Assembly (NCBI GenBank): GCA_964016885.1
Contig: OZ024740.1
Location: 303,118,001-303,182,000, forward strand
Source: Eledone cirrhosa
Taxonomy: Eukaryota
DNA: 64,000 nt
Direction: 5' to 3'
Shown here: piece after piece, positions 1 to 12,192 of the stretch
Layout of the letters: each line of letters starts with the position of its first letter
How positions within the stretch are numbered: position 1 is the stretch's first letter
Notes under the pieces: model-generated
What the model was told of the DNA's origin: nothing
Seen by the model: the letters and a program-made list of their open reading frames with translations, nothing else
The model's database searches: none
Position numbers and translations under genes: made by a program

Positions 1-112
1 GAGGCGGATTATATAAATTCAAATACATTTATTGTCAATATTTCAAACCCTAGCCTATGAGGGTGATTGTTAGAGTTTTCAAATTTTGTATATCTTATAT
101 GAGTATACTATA

Positions 113-144
<32 letters not shown>

Positions 145-1151
145 AAGTTGATGGGACTAGCATGGGTTGCATCTCTGTGTACTCAATAGGTAATGTTACG
201 TAAAATCCCAGAGTAGACACATAGTTATTCGCTTCAATACAACACATGTAAATAGGTACCTTCAATCTATACCCGTACTGAAGTTCTGGCCACACTTAAT
301 GCAGCAATAGAGTTCACAGCATCCACTGTCTGTATCTATTATGCACCAATGCACAATTGGTGTATGTGGCTTCATCAGCGGGTTTCGCCTAATCAATAAC
401 CAATCGATCAACAGAATTTGATTCCAGCCTGTGCCAGTTATGACAGTGAATGTGACGGTCAATACATTAGCAACTGAAATCCCTATGCATCATCACAATG
501 CCATCAACTGATTGGCTACTGGTTCAGAAATTTACATGACGGTAGGAGATGAAATTCAAATAGTTCCGCTCCTGCCATAAGCACTCAGCCAACATATCTC
601 AAATACAAATTAACAAGCGAATGAAAAATTGGTTATTAGAGAAAATCAGTCTCCAATCGCTGTATAATAGAATGGTAGCATTCAATTCCAGTCTCCAAGT
701 ACCGTAGGGAGAAATAGTGCGACAGTAACAATGGTAGTTCCTAAAACCTTTCCGAACATTAAATGCGAACAGGCAATTAGACATCAATATAGAGTTAGTG
801 CGTTGGTTAGAATTCGAATTCAAGATATTTCGACCAACCACATGCGTAAACCTGTTAATATCACAACTTGCACAATTCAATAGGTGAGTGAGAGAGAAAG
901 ATAGAATATGTATTAGAGCGCATATTAAACAAAACACAATAAAAAAAATTGGAAAATTGTTCAAGTTACTCTCATTGTTAATGTGCTAGTTGAGAGAAAA
1001 TAATAATAATTTAATGGGACTAATATATATATATTAAACCGAGCTGATGCTTCATTAGGGTGAAACAAATTGTCCTCGGAATTAGTTTACTAACTGTTGT
1101 AGAACTACTTATATACATGTATATATGTGTGTGTGTATGTGTGTGTATGTA

Positions 1152-1194
<43 letters not shown>

Positions 1195-1359
1195 CTCTGT
1201 GTGTATGTGTGTGCAATAAAGGGTCAAGGAAAAGCAATGCTCAATCTATTGCAAGAGACCTTATTTAGTATAAATAAAGTTTTATACACTTAACATGTAT
1301 GCGCAATCTTAGGTTTTGGGGTTCAATTTTGAAGAGTTACTATATGGATTATTAGTTTG

Positions 1360-2900
1360 ACTCTTACCTCTTCTGATGCTTTTAGCCTCTCAGCAACTAT
1401 TTCTGATGCTCTCACAGTTTTATCTCCTTGATTGTGTCTTTGGCTCTAAAACTATCAACTTCAATAGGTGGTCTTTCCTTTGGATAAGTTGGGGGTAGTT
1501 TCTCTTCCTCCCATTCATTCTCTACATTCATCAATCTCTCAGTCACATTTCCAGGCCTCTTTCTTTGAAACATCAGTGGTGTTAAGTGCCTTGCAATATG
1601 GAACACTTCATGTCTCTGATCCTCACATCTCAAGACATTGGCAAATTTACTTTCTTCAGCCTCTCTCTGAGCTGTGTATACCTGTCACCTAGCTTTTTTC
1701 TTAGCTACTTGGTACCGGTCTCTGCTACCCTCATTTTTCCAGTCTGTCCATGCCTGTCTCTTGGCGTTAGTGGCTGTATGCTTGTGCTGTTCCACCACCA
1801 GGTCACCCTCTGTCCAGCTGGGGCTTTACTCCAGCCACAAGTCTCACCAGTAGTTCACAAAAGGTTGTCGTATAAAAATTTCTAGTTGCCCTCTACTTTA
1901 TATGTATCTAGTTCGTCATCCCTCTCATCAAGTGCAACCTGTAGGGCCTTTCTAAACTGATATTTAACCAAGAGGTCCTTTAGCTTCCACACCTTCCATC
2001 TCCATATTTTCCTGCGTATCTTGTTCTGTTTTTTGTTTATTTTGATGTCATTAATAACTAACTTGTGCTGGGCAGTGCATTCTTCCCCAGGGAAGGCCTT
2101 AGTATTTATTACAGTCCACTTGTCATGTTGTCTTACAAGTAAGTAATCCATTGGGCTTTTGTGATCACCTGATTGATATGAAATCAGGTGGTTCGTTGGT
2201 TGGTTTCCTGAAATTTTTGTTGCAGATGGTTAGTTCATTTGCATCACAGAGTTCCAGGAGTCTCAGCCCCTATTCATTCCTTGAGCCATAACCATAGCCA
2301 CCATGAACTCCACAGAGTCCATCCTGGTACTGTCCCATAGATGAGGTCTCTTTCATCAATACCTGAAGTTGTCTGTAAAAGTTCCTCATAGAACATGTCC
2401 TTTTATTCTTTAACCAGTTCTGCCTGCAGGACATAGGTAGTTGTGATTACCTTCAGTCTATTTCCTACAGTTAATCTAAGCTTGATGATACTGTCACTTA
2501 CTCTAACAACCTCTATCACCTTATCTATTCATTTCTCAGCTGGTACAATACCTACACCTCGTACTCCATTGTCATTTCCTACCCAGTAGAGTTTATATCT
2601 AAGTTGCTTGCCTATGATTAGTCGTGCTGAGGCACCCCTCCTAATCATTTTGTGTACACAGCATACATCTACTCCTCTTCTCTCTAACAGTTTGACAATT
2701 TCACTTGATTCGCCTTTCAGGGTACCAACTTTGAGGATAGCAGTCCTAGGATTTGTACCTTGATAGTTGTTATTACTCCCTTGGTTAGAGGTTTTATGTA
2801 CCTGAAAGGGAATGTGATTGTGCAATTGCTTGATGGCATTCGAGGGGTTCTCACACATGGTTACTCTAGCACCCTACACACACACTACTGTGTGCAGCAC
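1360..2900 (-). mobile_element. Degenerate RTE-clade LINE, AP-endonuclease region and downstream linker
   Basis: Minus-strand fragments VGTLKGESSEIVKLLERRGVDVCCV..YKLYWVGNDNGVRGVGI and DYLLVRQ..FPGEECTAQHKLVI, interrupted by stops and frameshifts. Confidence 0.85.
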
Positions 2901-3227
2901 TAACATTACTAGTGCTAGCCCTATGTTTGCAACTAGTGGAAATCATATTGATGATGCTTTTCATAATTTTGGGTGAGTTTCACTGGCTGGATGCCCTTCC
3001 TATCACTGCCCACTTTACAGCGTGGACTCAGTTTGTGAAGATCTATCTAACCCTTGCTAGCAGGGAAAGTGGACGTTAAATGATGATGATGATTATATAC
3101 AAGTTGTCCCAAAATGTAAACACACTTTGATTACCTGTACTGGCAATATTTATTCCCATGCTAGCGTGGAAGATGGACATTAAACGAAGATGATGATGAT
3201 ATATATATATATTCATATATATGTGAG

Positions 3228-3500
3228 TCATCATCATCATCATCATCAAGGTTTAGCGTCCGTGTTCCACGCTTGCATGGGTTTGGATGGGGGTTTTCCC
3301 ACTTGAGGCAAGAGTGGTTGTCTTGCTCGCATAGGACTGTCTGGCGGGTTTTCTACAGCTGGATGCCCTTCCTAACACCAACCACATTTACAGTGTGGGG
3401 CTGGGAGGTTTTTACCGTGTTGCCTACACGGCCACATTACAGCGTGGACTGTCTGGCGGGTTTTCTACAGCTGGATGCCCTTCCTAACACCAACCACATT
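3228..3500 (-). mobile_element. RTE LINE 3' UTR fragment with (GAT)n tail
   Basis: Near-identical to 50522-50735, which continues into RTE coding sequence. Has a (cat)n tail and an internal duplication of gctggatgcccttcctaacaccaaccac. Confidence 0.8.
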
Positions 3501-4072
3501 GTGAGTGTGTATGTATATTATTTATATGTGTCTGTGTGCGTACCTGTCTGTGTGTATGCACTTCTGTATGTGTGCGTGCCTGTGTGTGTATGCATCTGTG
3601 TGATATGCGTGCCTGTGTGTGTGTGTGTGTGCATACCTGTGTGTGTATGCATACCTGTGTGTGTATGCATCTGTGTGTGTGTGTGTGTGTCTGCCTGTAT
3701 GTATATGCACCAGTGCATGTGCGTTTATGTGTACAATATTTGTTTTATATTTATATGTATGCATTGCTATATATTTATCAATAACCAACACACATACAAC
3801 ATACACATGCAAACATAGTTTCAATACTGAATCTGTGTGATCCAGTGTTTGGAGTTTCTTGTTACTTATATTCAGTTAACAAGATACTATGTGTGTCATC
3901 AAATCATACTGACTCAGCTCTCAGTAAATATTATTCTATTCCACCTAATCCAGAAGCAGGTGTGACGGGGAGTATTGTCCCCCCTCAGAGAACATAACTC
4001 TAGCCACGCTTCTAATTTCATTATTCTGACTATTTTTAATATTTCTTTGCAATTCATACCAGAATGAAATCT

Positions 4073-4132
<60 letters not shown>

Positions 4133-4133
4133 T

Positions 4134-4298
4134 ATATATCAGAAAGAGTCATGGTACAACAGTTGAACTCTTGCCATTTCAATAGTTAGTTCCAGTCTCG
4201 AACTAGCTGTTGAAATGGCAAAAGCTCAGTCATCAGGCCCTGACTCTTTCTGATATAGTCACACTCTCCTATCCTAAGTATAGAGTACTTAACTTAAG
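4134..4298 (+). mobile_element. (TA)n-flanked short retroelement fragment with 5' inversion (hairpin 4134-4257), family A
   Basis: Arms tatatcagaaagagtca..gccatttcaatagttagttc and gaactagctgttgaaatggc..tgactctttctgatata. Its tail is homologous to 4681-4712 in the opposite orientation. Confidence 0.65.
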
Positions 4299-4595
4299 TA
4301 TATATATATATATATATATTTCTATTAGTTAGATAGCTCTGTATTTTTTTTATTAATTAAATAACTCTGTATTATACATAGAGCACTCTTTTTCCTTTGC
4401 TTTTTCTTCGGAAATACTTAACACATATATATGTGGCATATAAGAGGCTGCTTTCATTTATTTATCAAATATTTCTTCATAGGAGCCTTTATTCTTATAG
4501 CCTGGTCTAATTGATTTTTTTATGTGGTTAATTATGCTAATTGGGAGAGGAAATAGTGTATATATTTTATCAAATGATTCTATGGACATAATTTA

Positions 4596-4635
<40 letters not shown>

Positions 4636-4637
<2 letters not shown>

Positions 4638-4825
4638 CGAAGGAAATGCGGTAAGGAACCAGGTGGACCATAACGCACCAAAGTACTCAATACTTAAGGT
4701 AGTAGAGTGGGTAATAGGAATGAGTAGGACCCCAACGGCTGAGCTCAAGCCATTTCGACGGCTAATTCTGGACTGAATTAGCCGTCGAAACGGCTTGAGC
4801 TCAGCCATCGGGGTTCCTACTCGTT

Positions 4826-4830
<5 letters not shown>
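4636..4830 (-). mobile_element. (TA)n-flanked short retroelement fragment with 5' inversion (hairpin 4714-4830), family A
   Basis: 55/56-nt arms around the loop tggact. Contains gtcgaaacggc, resembling the GAAAC half of a hammerhead. Bounded by (TA)n on both sides. Confidence 0.7.
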
Positions 4831-4856
<26 letters not shown>

Positions 4857-4859
<3 letters not shown>

Positions 4860-5711
4860 AAAGTTTTATTTAAAATTGTTGGGTTACAACGAGTAAATAT
4901 TTTATAACTGATATAAAAGCACTCAACAGTTTTTGGAGTAGGTTTACGATATTAAACAAATGGAAACTATATTTATAAAACCATATTTATTTCGTTATAT
5001 ATATTTCTGGGATATCATATTAAAAATATGGTATGCCTTCTTCAGACAAAATACAATATATAAGCTGTTTTATAAATAATTTTGACATACTTTAGAATAA
5101 TGCAACTTCCATTTAAAAAGTTGATTTGGTAGTGAAACTGTTAAGGACAGTTATAGAAAAAGAAAGACGAAGAAAAACGAAGATAAAAAGAAGAAGATGA
5201 AGAGATGTATGTAAAGAAAAACAACAGAGCGAGATAGAGAGAGATGGAGATATGGGAGAGAGAAATATATTGAGGAAGTGAAAAAATAGTAGGCAGCTTG
5301 GGGACAGATGATCAGCGTACAAGTGAGAGGTTAAGGAGGGAAGGGATACAGTTAAAATAGCCGACACATAAATCACGTCCAGTGTAGAGGAGAAAAAGAA
5401 AGAAAGATGATATATTTAAAATATATTAAAAATATATTATGTCTCATCCGTTTGAGTTATCAATTTTTATGAATTAGGTATTATAATGTAAATATCAGTA
5501 TTCATGAATGAGACACATATCCATAATGTGTGAAGTTGCATAAATGGAAGTTGCATTATTCTAAGGTATGTCAAAATTATTTATAAAACAGCTTATATAT
5601 TGTATTTTGTCTGAGGAAGGCATACCATATTTTTAATATGATATCCCAGAAATATATATAACGAAATAAATATGGTTTTATAAATATAGTTTCCATTTGT
5701 TTAATATCGTA
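4857..5711 (-). mobile_element. Penelope-like non-coding insertion in (TA)n with an inverted 171-bp repeat (4945-5115 / 5541-5711), family B
   Basis: The two arms are reverse complements with 2 differences, and each contains a hammerhead fold. (TA)n on both sides. A related copy is at 59864-59990. Confidence 0.75.
5603..5668 (+). ncRNA. Type I hammerhead ribozyme-like motif (mirror copy on the - strand at 4988-5053)
   Basis: Stem I UAUUUUGU/ACGAAAUA, core CUGAGGA (CUGAAGA in the mirror copy), long stem II GGCAUACCAUAUU/AAUAUGAUAUCCC, GAAA, minimal palindromic stem III, AUA cleavage triplet ending at 5660. Confidence 0.65.
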
Positions 5712-5854
5712 TATATATATATATATATATATGTATATAGGTAAAAGTGGCTAACTGAACACACACATGGTTTCCTCCTGGAAATTGTTCCTTTACATTT
5801 CTTCCTCTTCTTACTCTCATCTATCTTTCTATTTCTTCTTCTATCTCCCATTGT

Positions 5855-5893
5855 ATCTTCTGATGAAGGACTAACATCCAAAACATTCAGATT
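5855..5893 (+). ncRNA. Degenerate minimal hammerhead inside a (TA)n-flanked fragment (about 5745-5985)
   Basis: atctt-CTGATGA-agga ctaaca tcc-AAAACATTC-agat. GAAACG appears to have decayed to AAAACA, a CpG-deamination pattern. Confidence 0.5.
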
Positions 5894-5997
5894 CTTTACC
5901 TACTATATCAACCATTAAACTAATACATATCATCATTGTATTGTATTATTCTGCTGTGTTGTTTTCCTCATTGACTTTTCTCACACATACACACACG

Positions 5998-6058
<61 letters not shown>

Positions 6059-6557
6059 TTGGTTTTTGCATTTACTTTGCAAAATTCTTGATATGAAAGT
6101 GTGTGTTCAAACAGACATTGTCATACTTTTGAGGGGTGGGATGTCATGCTACCAATAAAACATGTAACTAGTTGAGTTTCGCTTCAGTTCTTTTCATAAT
6201 TAATCAGGTAGCTAATCCATTCATCAGCTCTTTAGCATAGTGGTTAATGCATTCACCCATCATCCAAAAGATGCAATGTTAAATTCCTCTTTATCAACTT
6301 TTCCCATCTATAGGCATATTTTACCTGATATTTTTTTTAGCTATTATTTATAGAGATTGACTATTATTATGGTAATTTCCTCATTGGAATGACTACATTA
6401 TCCAATGTTTCATAAGTCAGCCAATTGTTTGTCATGACAGATGTTATATGGCAAAAGGCCTGACAGTTATTTAAGAGATTTGGAAGTATTCATTAGTCTT
6501 TACATAGATTTTTGTTGGATGTATGTAGTCAAGTATATATAAGTATATATATATAAG

Positions 6558-6594
<37 letters not shown>

Positions 6595-6878
6595 TTATAA
6601 TTATTTAAATGTTTGTATAAATATTAGTATATATATATATATATATATAAAAATAACAAAAATAATAATACTGATGTTACATAAATCGTTTAATCATTAT
6701 CATTATTTCCATGGTTCCAATGCAATCGAGAAGTCCTTCATGCATTTGTTGTTGTTATGAGAATGGTATCCTCAGATGAAAACCGATTTATTGATATGCT
6801 GCTGGCATATCTCCATCATAACTAAAAACTACAAATGTTGAGAGCTTTCTCCTGCTTTACCAAAACAATCTCTTTGGA

Positions 6879-6974
<96 letters not shown>

Positions 6975-7911
6975 AACTTTGTTTACAGCTGTTTGAAAGA
7001 TAGCATTGCATCCTTCTGTGCAAATGCCAAATCTAGCATGCATGCATTGTTTGAAACTGAAGGTAGCAACTTTTATGTTGATGACATTAACCATAATATT
7101 TGTGAGTGTGTGTGTGCGTGTGTGTGTGTGTGTGAATGGGAAGATATGATATGTGAGCAGTTTCCTCCATTTTGAGAGGAACATATATCCTATAAATGAC
7201 TATCAGCTATCCAAAGCTGAGGCATACTTCTTGCTTGCCAAAAATATGTGCTATATTTTTAAACAGGAAAATTATTAAACATGGTGATATATAGACATGA
7301 ATTTAGTTTCTAAAAATTTATTTTATATCTGAACATTTCATAACAACTTGCCTACAAATTTCACTAATTTAAAATGTGGTTCTGAAAATTCACTAATCCA
7401 AGAATATACTTTCATTAATTGTAAGGATATATATCATATGTACAGAGATAGGATAAGTCAATTTTTAAAATAATTGTTCTGTTTATGATATTTTCTATTA
7501 TGTGTATGCATGTGTGTGGTTATATATGAATTATATAGCTACTTTTATATAAATACTTTATTTTAAAATGAAAATCTAACCCCAAAATAGAGATATTGAT
7601 TTTCTCTAGTTGTTACATTATTACTCTACACAGTATTAAATCAATTTTCTTCTACCTTCCCCTTCAGTTGACTTGTATTTCTGAAGAGTTTGCTTAGAAA
7701 TAGCTTCAAAATATTTATGATATATATATACAATGCACTCTAATCCTTAGATTTGATATAACAAAGAAATCATTTTTTTCCATACATGATAAAAGGAAAC
7801 TGTTTTTAAAAATCTTTAATAAACAATTTTCAGTGTTCTGGATAGCAGTTTCCATGTTTTTAACTACAGTTGGTGTTTTTTTCTACTTCAGAAGACTTAT
7901 CATGTGTGGGT

Positions 7912-8038
<127 letters not shown>

Positions 8039-8767
8039 TCTTTTTTGATACCTGAATTTTAGAAACTAAGTTTTTTGAAGATATTCATTTTATGACATTA
8101 TTCCTATAAAAATATAGGGTATTTTGTTGCTTTTAGTTTGTTTTATCTAACTTGGATTTCAGTAAAGAGGAAGCATTGGTTTTGGATTAACTTAACAAAA
8201 TTTCTACTGTGTTAGCTTCCAGTTTCGCTATGTGTAAAATCTTTCATTTTGCTCTTGTTGTTGTTGCTGTTGCTGTTATAATTCTTATAACAGCTGCTGC
8301 ATTCAACAAATTTAAGGCTCATTATTAAATAAGTTATCTGAATATTAATTTTAATTTAATTTCAACAAGAGAAATTCGTATATAAGAATTAAATTATCTT
8401 GTATTTAATATTTTCTAAATTAAAAGAGAATATCTATTTAGTTGAAAATAAATAAATATTATATTTTAATTTAGAGAAAAATAAAATATTTCCTAATTCT
8501 GCCTAATAGCCCATTTTGAAGTGGTAGATAACAATAAGTAGTGTAAAAGAAGGTAACTTATTCAACTAAAGAATAAATAATAATATTTGCTTATTATGAT
8601 AAAAGAATACTACCTACTATATATATAATGAAGCATCACTACCCAAATTGTGAAATAGCTTAATGGATAAAATTAGCAAGTGAACAAATTATAATTTACA
8701 CTATGATAACTAAGACTAAAGTAAAATAGTCGATGAGATGTACCATAACTGTTGAGACTAAATCTAT

Positions 8768-8897
8768 AACAAATAACCTTAACAGTTTGATATAAGGGTG
8801 TCGTTTGGGGACTACGTGACAGAAAAATTGATAACAAATAATCACAATACTTTGATATACGGATGTTGTTTGGGGACTATGTGATAGAAAGATTCAT
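8768..8897. repeat. Diverged tandem duplication, 2 x about 64 bp
   Basis: aacaaataa..tttgatata.gg.tgt.gtttgggacta.gtga.agaaa occurs twice in tandem. Confidence 0.75.
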
Positions 8898-9634
8898 AAA
8901 CTAATTGGAGTGTAAATAAACATGACTAGAGTCTAAAACTTAAATCATTCAAGACTGTTTGCAGAAACTTCAACTTAACATTATGAACAGCAATCAAATC
9001 AAAAGAATTAATACACAGTAGTGATTCAGTGAGAGGATATAAGAGTCTCATTTTTAATCCCTTTTTGCTTTAAGACCACCATAAATGAATCTCATACATA
9101 AATCAATGTACTTAAAATCTGTAATTTACTTACAATGATGAAGTTTCTTGTCCAACTTTCATTTAGCCAGTAATTTAAGCCATTGTGCAAAGATATCTCG
9201 CTGTTCATTATTCAACTAATAATAACAAATTTACGGAAAAGTTCTTAGACTAAAATTAGAAAGCAACTAAATTCATTTTCAAACTGTCACAATAGTAATA
9301 ATGGTTCTAACAACAACAATAGCAATAATTGATAATAGCAATAATGATGATATCGATATATTATTTTTAAATGTATTATTTATTACATTTCTAAATAACA
9401 GTCAATCAGCAATGACTTTATATTCAGAAAATGGTGCTTAAGAAAACAAAAGAAGCATCAACAATAAATATAAACTACATAATTTATCAGATGCAGAAGC
9501 AAAAAGACTAACATAAAATTGGAAAATCCTTTTTTTAAAGGATACTAGTATTCATTCTTTTAATTCTTCACACCTCATCTGTATACACAGCATGCCATAT
9601 TCTTACATTTATGTTATCTAATTATCTCTTTCAG

Positions 9635-9745
9635 GTGAGCAAATGAGTATATTCAACAACCAAGCTTACATATACATTGGTGGAAAGAAAGATACAAAAA
9701 GCTGGGACACACAGATTCAGAAGGCATATCGTGGAGAAATATCAG
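9635..9745 (+). CDS. NRXN: Neurexin internal exon, LNS6 (laminin-G) C-terminal half: (G)EQMSIFNNQAYIYIGGKKDTKSWDTQIQKAYRGEIS(G)
   Basis: Acceptor ctctttcag|G and donor CAG|gtattt; 111 nt, phase 1-1. The peptide resembles vertebrate neurexin GRQLTIFNSQATIIIGG...QGQLSG and joins in frame to the 13875 exon. Confidence 0.92.
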
Positions 9746-9869
9746 GTATTTTCAGATATCTTTTAATGTTATGTTGTTTTTGTATTATTGTTGTTTAATC
9801 TTAAGCTGATCAAAAGTTTTTTTCAATCTATTTTGAAACATAATATATTTAGAACCACATTATCTTATG

Positions 9870-10047
9870 CAGGTGTGTCAAACTGAGGGTCGCCCAAGAG
9901 TCACATGGGTCACATATGTGTTATCTGAGGGCCACACATGACAACTAATTGCGCATATATAACTAATTTTTTATATTTTATATTACTAAGATAAAACATG
10001 CTCGTGCTGTAAAAACATTTGTATGGGCTGAATGTTAGACATGCCTG
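9870..10047. mobile_element. hAT-type MITE
   Basis: TIRs CAGGTGTGTCAAAC / GTTAGACATGCCTG and an 8-bp TSD atcttatg / atctaatg (7/8 match). Confidence 0.8.
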
Positions 10048-10816
10048 ATCTAATGTGTCCATCTTTCCCTATGATAGTATGGTGTAATTTGAGGAAGATT
10101 TGTTTGCTGTTTCTGGCCTGTCAAGTGATCACAAAGAGGTTCCTTAACTGGCTTGTGTTTGATTGCTACTGTTGTTATATCTGTTTCCTCACTCAGAATG
10201 TATTTCTAACTCAATCTCTATTATTCTTGGTTCTTTTAACTTCTATTCCATCTTAAGTCTTCTTTGTCTGACAGTTAACTACCACCAAGCTTACATTCAT
10301 AAAATATTTCCATTTTTACATTCACTATAAGACAACACTACCTACAGCTTATTTCTTGAATGGAACACTTAATTAGGTTTTAGATTTAATGAATTTATTC
10401 AATTTATTTCCTTCAAGCTAAATAATATCATTTTCTTTTACTAATCCTGGCCTATAACTACTGTTACATGAAAGTATTTCTCATAATATATGTTACATTA
10501 TTTTCCTTTTATCTACAAAAGAAATTCTTTTACTGAAAGCATTTTCTGGATTTTCTTCCAGCTTCTGCTTTGGCCAGAGAATAACTTTTTATTCTGATTC
10601 ATCTCTATGATATAATAGTGTCACACATGAAACATTTCATGCTGATGTAATAAGTATTACAAGTATTATAAGATGTAGTAGCTTCAAATATATTTTTGAG
10701 AATCTTATTGTTTCTGAGTTAAAAGGAAATTGTTTTTATCATTGCATTTAATTTGTATATATCTTGGTATATCTTATTCTATCTTGAGACTATGGTTATT
10801 GGCAACCACAGTTTGA

Positions 10817-10995
10817 AGGCACTTGGCCTAGTGGTTAGGGTGTTGGACTTACAATTATATTGTAGTGGATTTAATTTCTAGACCAGGTTGTGTCTTGTGT
10901 TCTTGAGCAAAACACTTCATTTCATGTTGTTCCAGTATACTCTGCTGAAAATGTGTACCAGCACTAGATGTGGATTGAACCCTGTGACAGACTGT
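10817..10995 (+). mobile_element. tRNA-derived SINE (CORE-like)
   Basis: A-box tggcctagtggtt, a degenerate B-box, and core ttgagcaaaacacttcatttcatgttgttccagt shared with 58672-58950. Confidence 0.7.
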
Positions 10996-12192
10996 ATTTC
11001 TCTTTTTAAGATAGTAGAGTATTATCTAAAGAAGATTTTAGCAACTAGATTGATGTGTTTGAATCCCAATTGCCTCTGATATGTGTTGATGATTGGCGAT
11101 CTAGCATGAAATTTGTGCCTCATGCAGCAATCATATTTTCCTATGAGTTTGACAAAAGCTGAGGAATAGTGTTCATGATATTTACAACAACATCCCATAT
11201 CTGTAATCTATACTGTAGTGTAGTGTTTATTTGAGCTTTGTAGATTAGTAGCTGATGAGAAATACTAAATCAGAATCATAGTCTTTGTGATGTGGCTTTG
11301 ACAATGTTATTTGTAGCAACTTTGAGGTTTTTACCTGTGTGTTATTCATCTTTAGAGTGTGGGGTATAAGTCACCTTCCTTTATATGTGTAGTGAATGAC
11401 TCTTTGTGCTGGTGAAAGAGATAATGTTGTTATGTTTTCATTAAAAGGTTATTCTGAGGGTCTCTAGCCATGGAATCATTGAATGTATGGTGTCAGCTGT
11501 TTAGGTTTTGTGTAGATAATGTCAGGATGTAGAAAGTTAGGAAAGATTGAAGTATAGTACCATCTGCATAGAAGTGTGTGTAGAAGTGACAGTAAGTAGC
11601 ACATTAATAAGAATAGTTTGAACATTACTGAAACTGAGAATATACCAGAGTTACTAGAACACAGATTAGAGAGAGAGCTTTGCCTGCACTTGTAGCAAAC
11701 AGATGGCCTACCAAGAAATGAGAAATGGGATGATAGGTGAGGAATTTTTATGCCAAACATTTCTCAGGCTTTGCTAATGTCAAGTTCAGTGCTGCAAATG
11801 TATCTCTTTTAATGATAACATGTGTTGTATTTGTTTGCACATTGAAGGTTTTCCAAAGGATACATTTAGTTATCAATTTGTTTCATGTCTTTTAATGTCC
11901 TCAGAGTTTGTTGTTTTTGTTTGTTTGTTTTTGGTGGGATGGGTTTATATGGGAAATGTTAATTTGTTGATTTTGTTGTGTTTAATCTGAGGTAAAAGAT
12001 GAAACTAGTATTGCTAGTGAATATGTTTTGTTTTAGAATTAATCTATTTTGAAGGATGGCATTAATCAGTAATAGAGCATCTATCCATAGATATAATACA
12101 AGTGTACCATTATGGGATATATATGCATATAAATAGCCTTAATGATTCAAATAAGTTTTACTCTAATAATGTAGATACTTAAAACAATGTTA

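Noticed and set aside
180-970. Short minus-strand ORFs in a more complex sequence block
   Set aside because: No recognisable domain, termini or splice pattern; probably an unidentified repeat.
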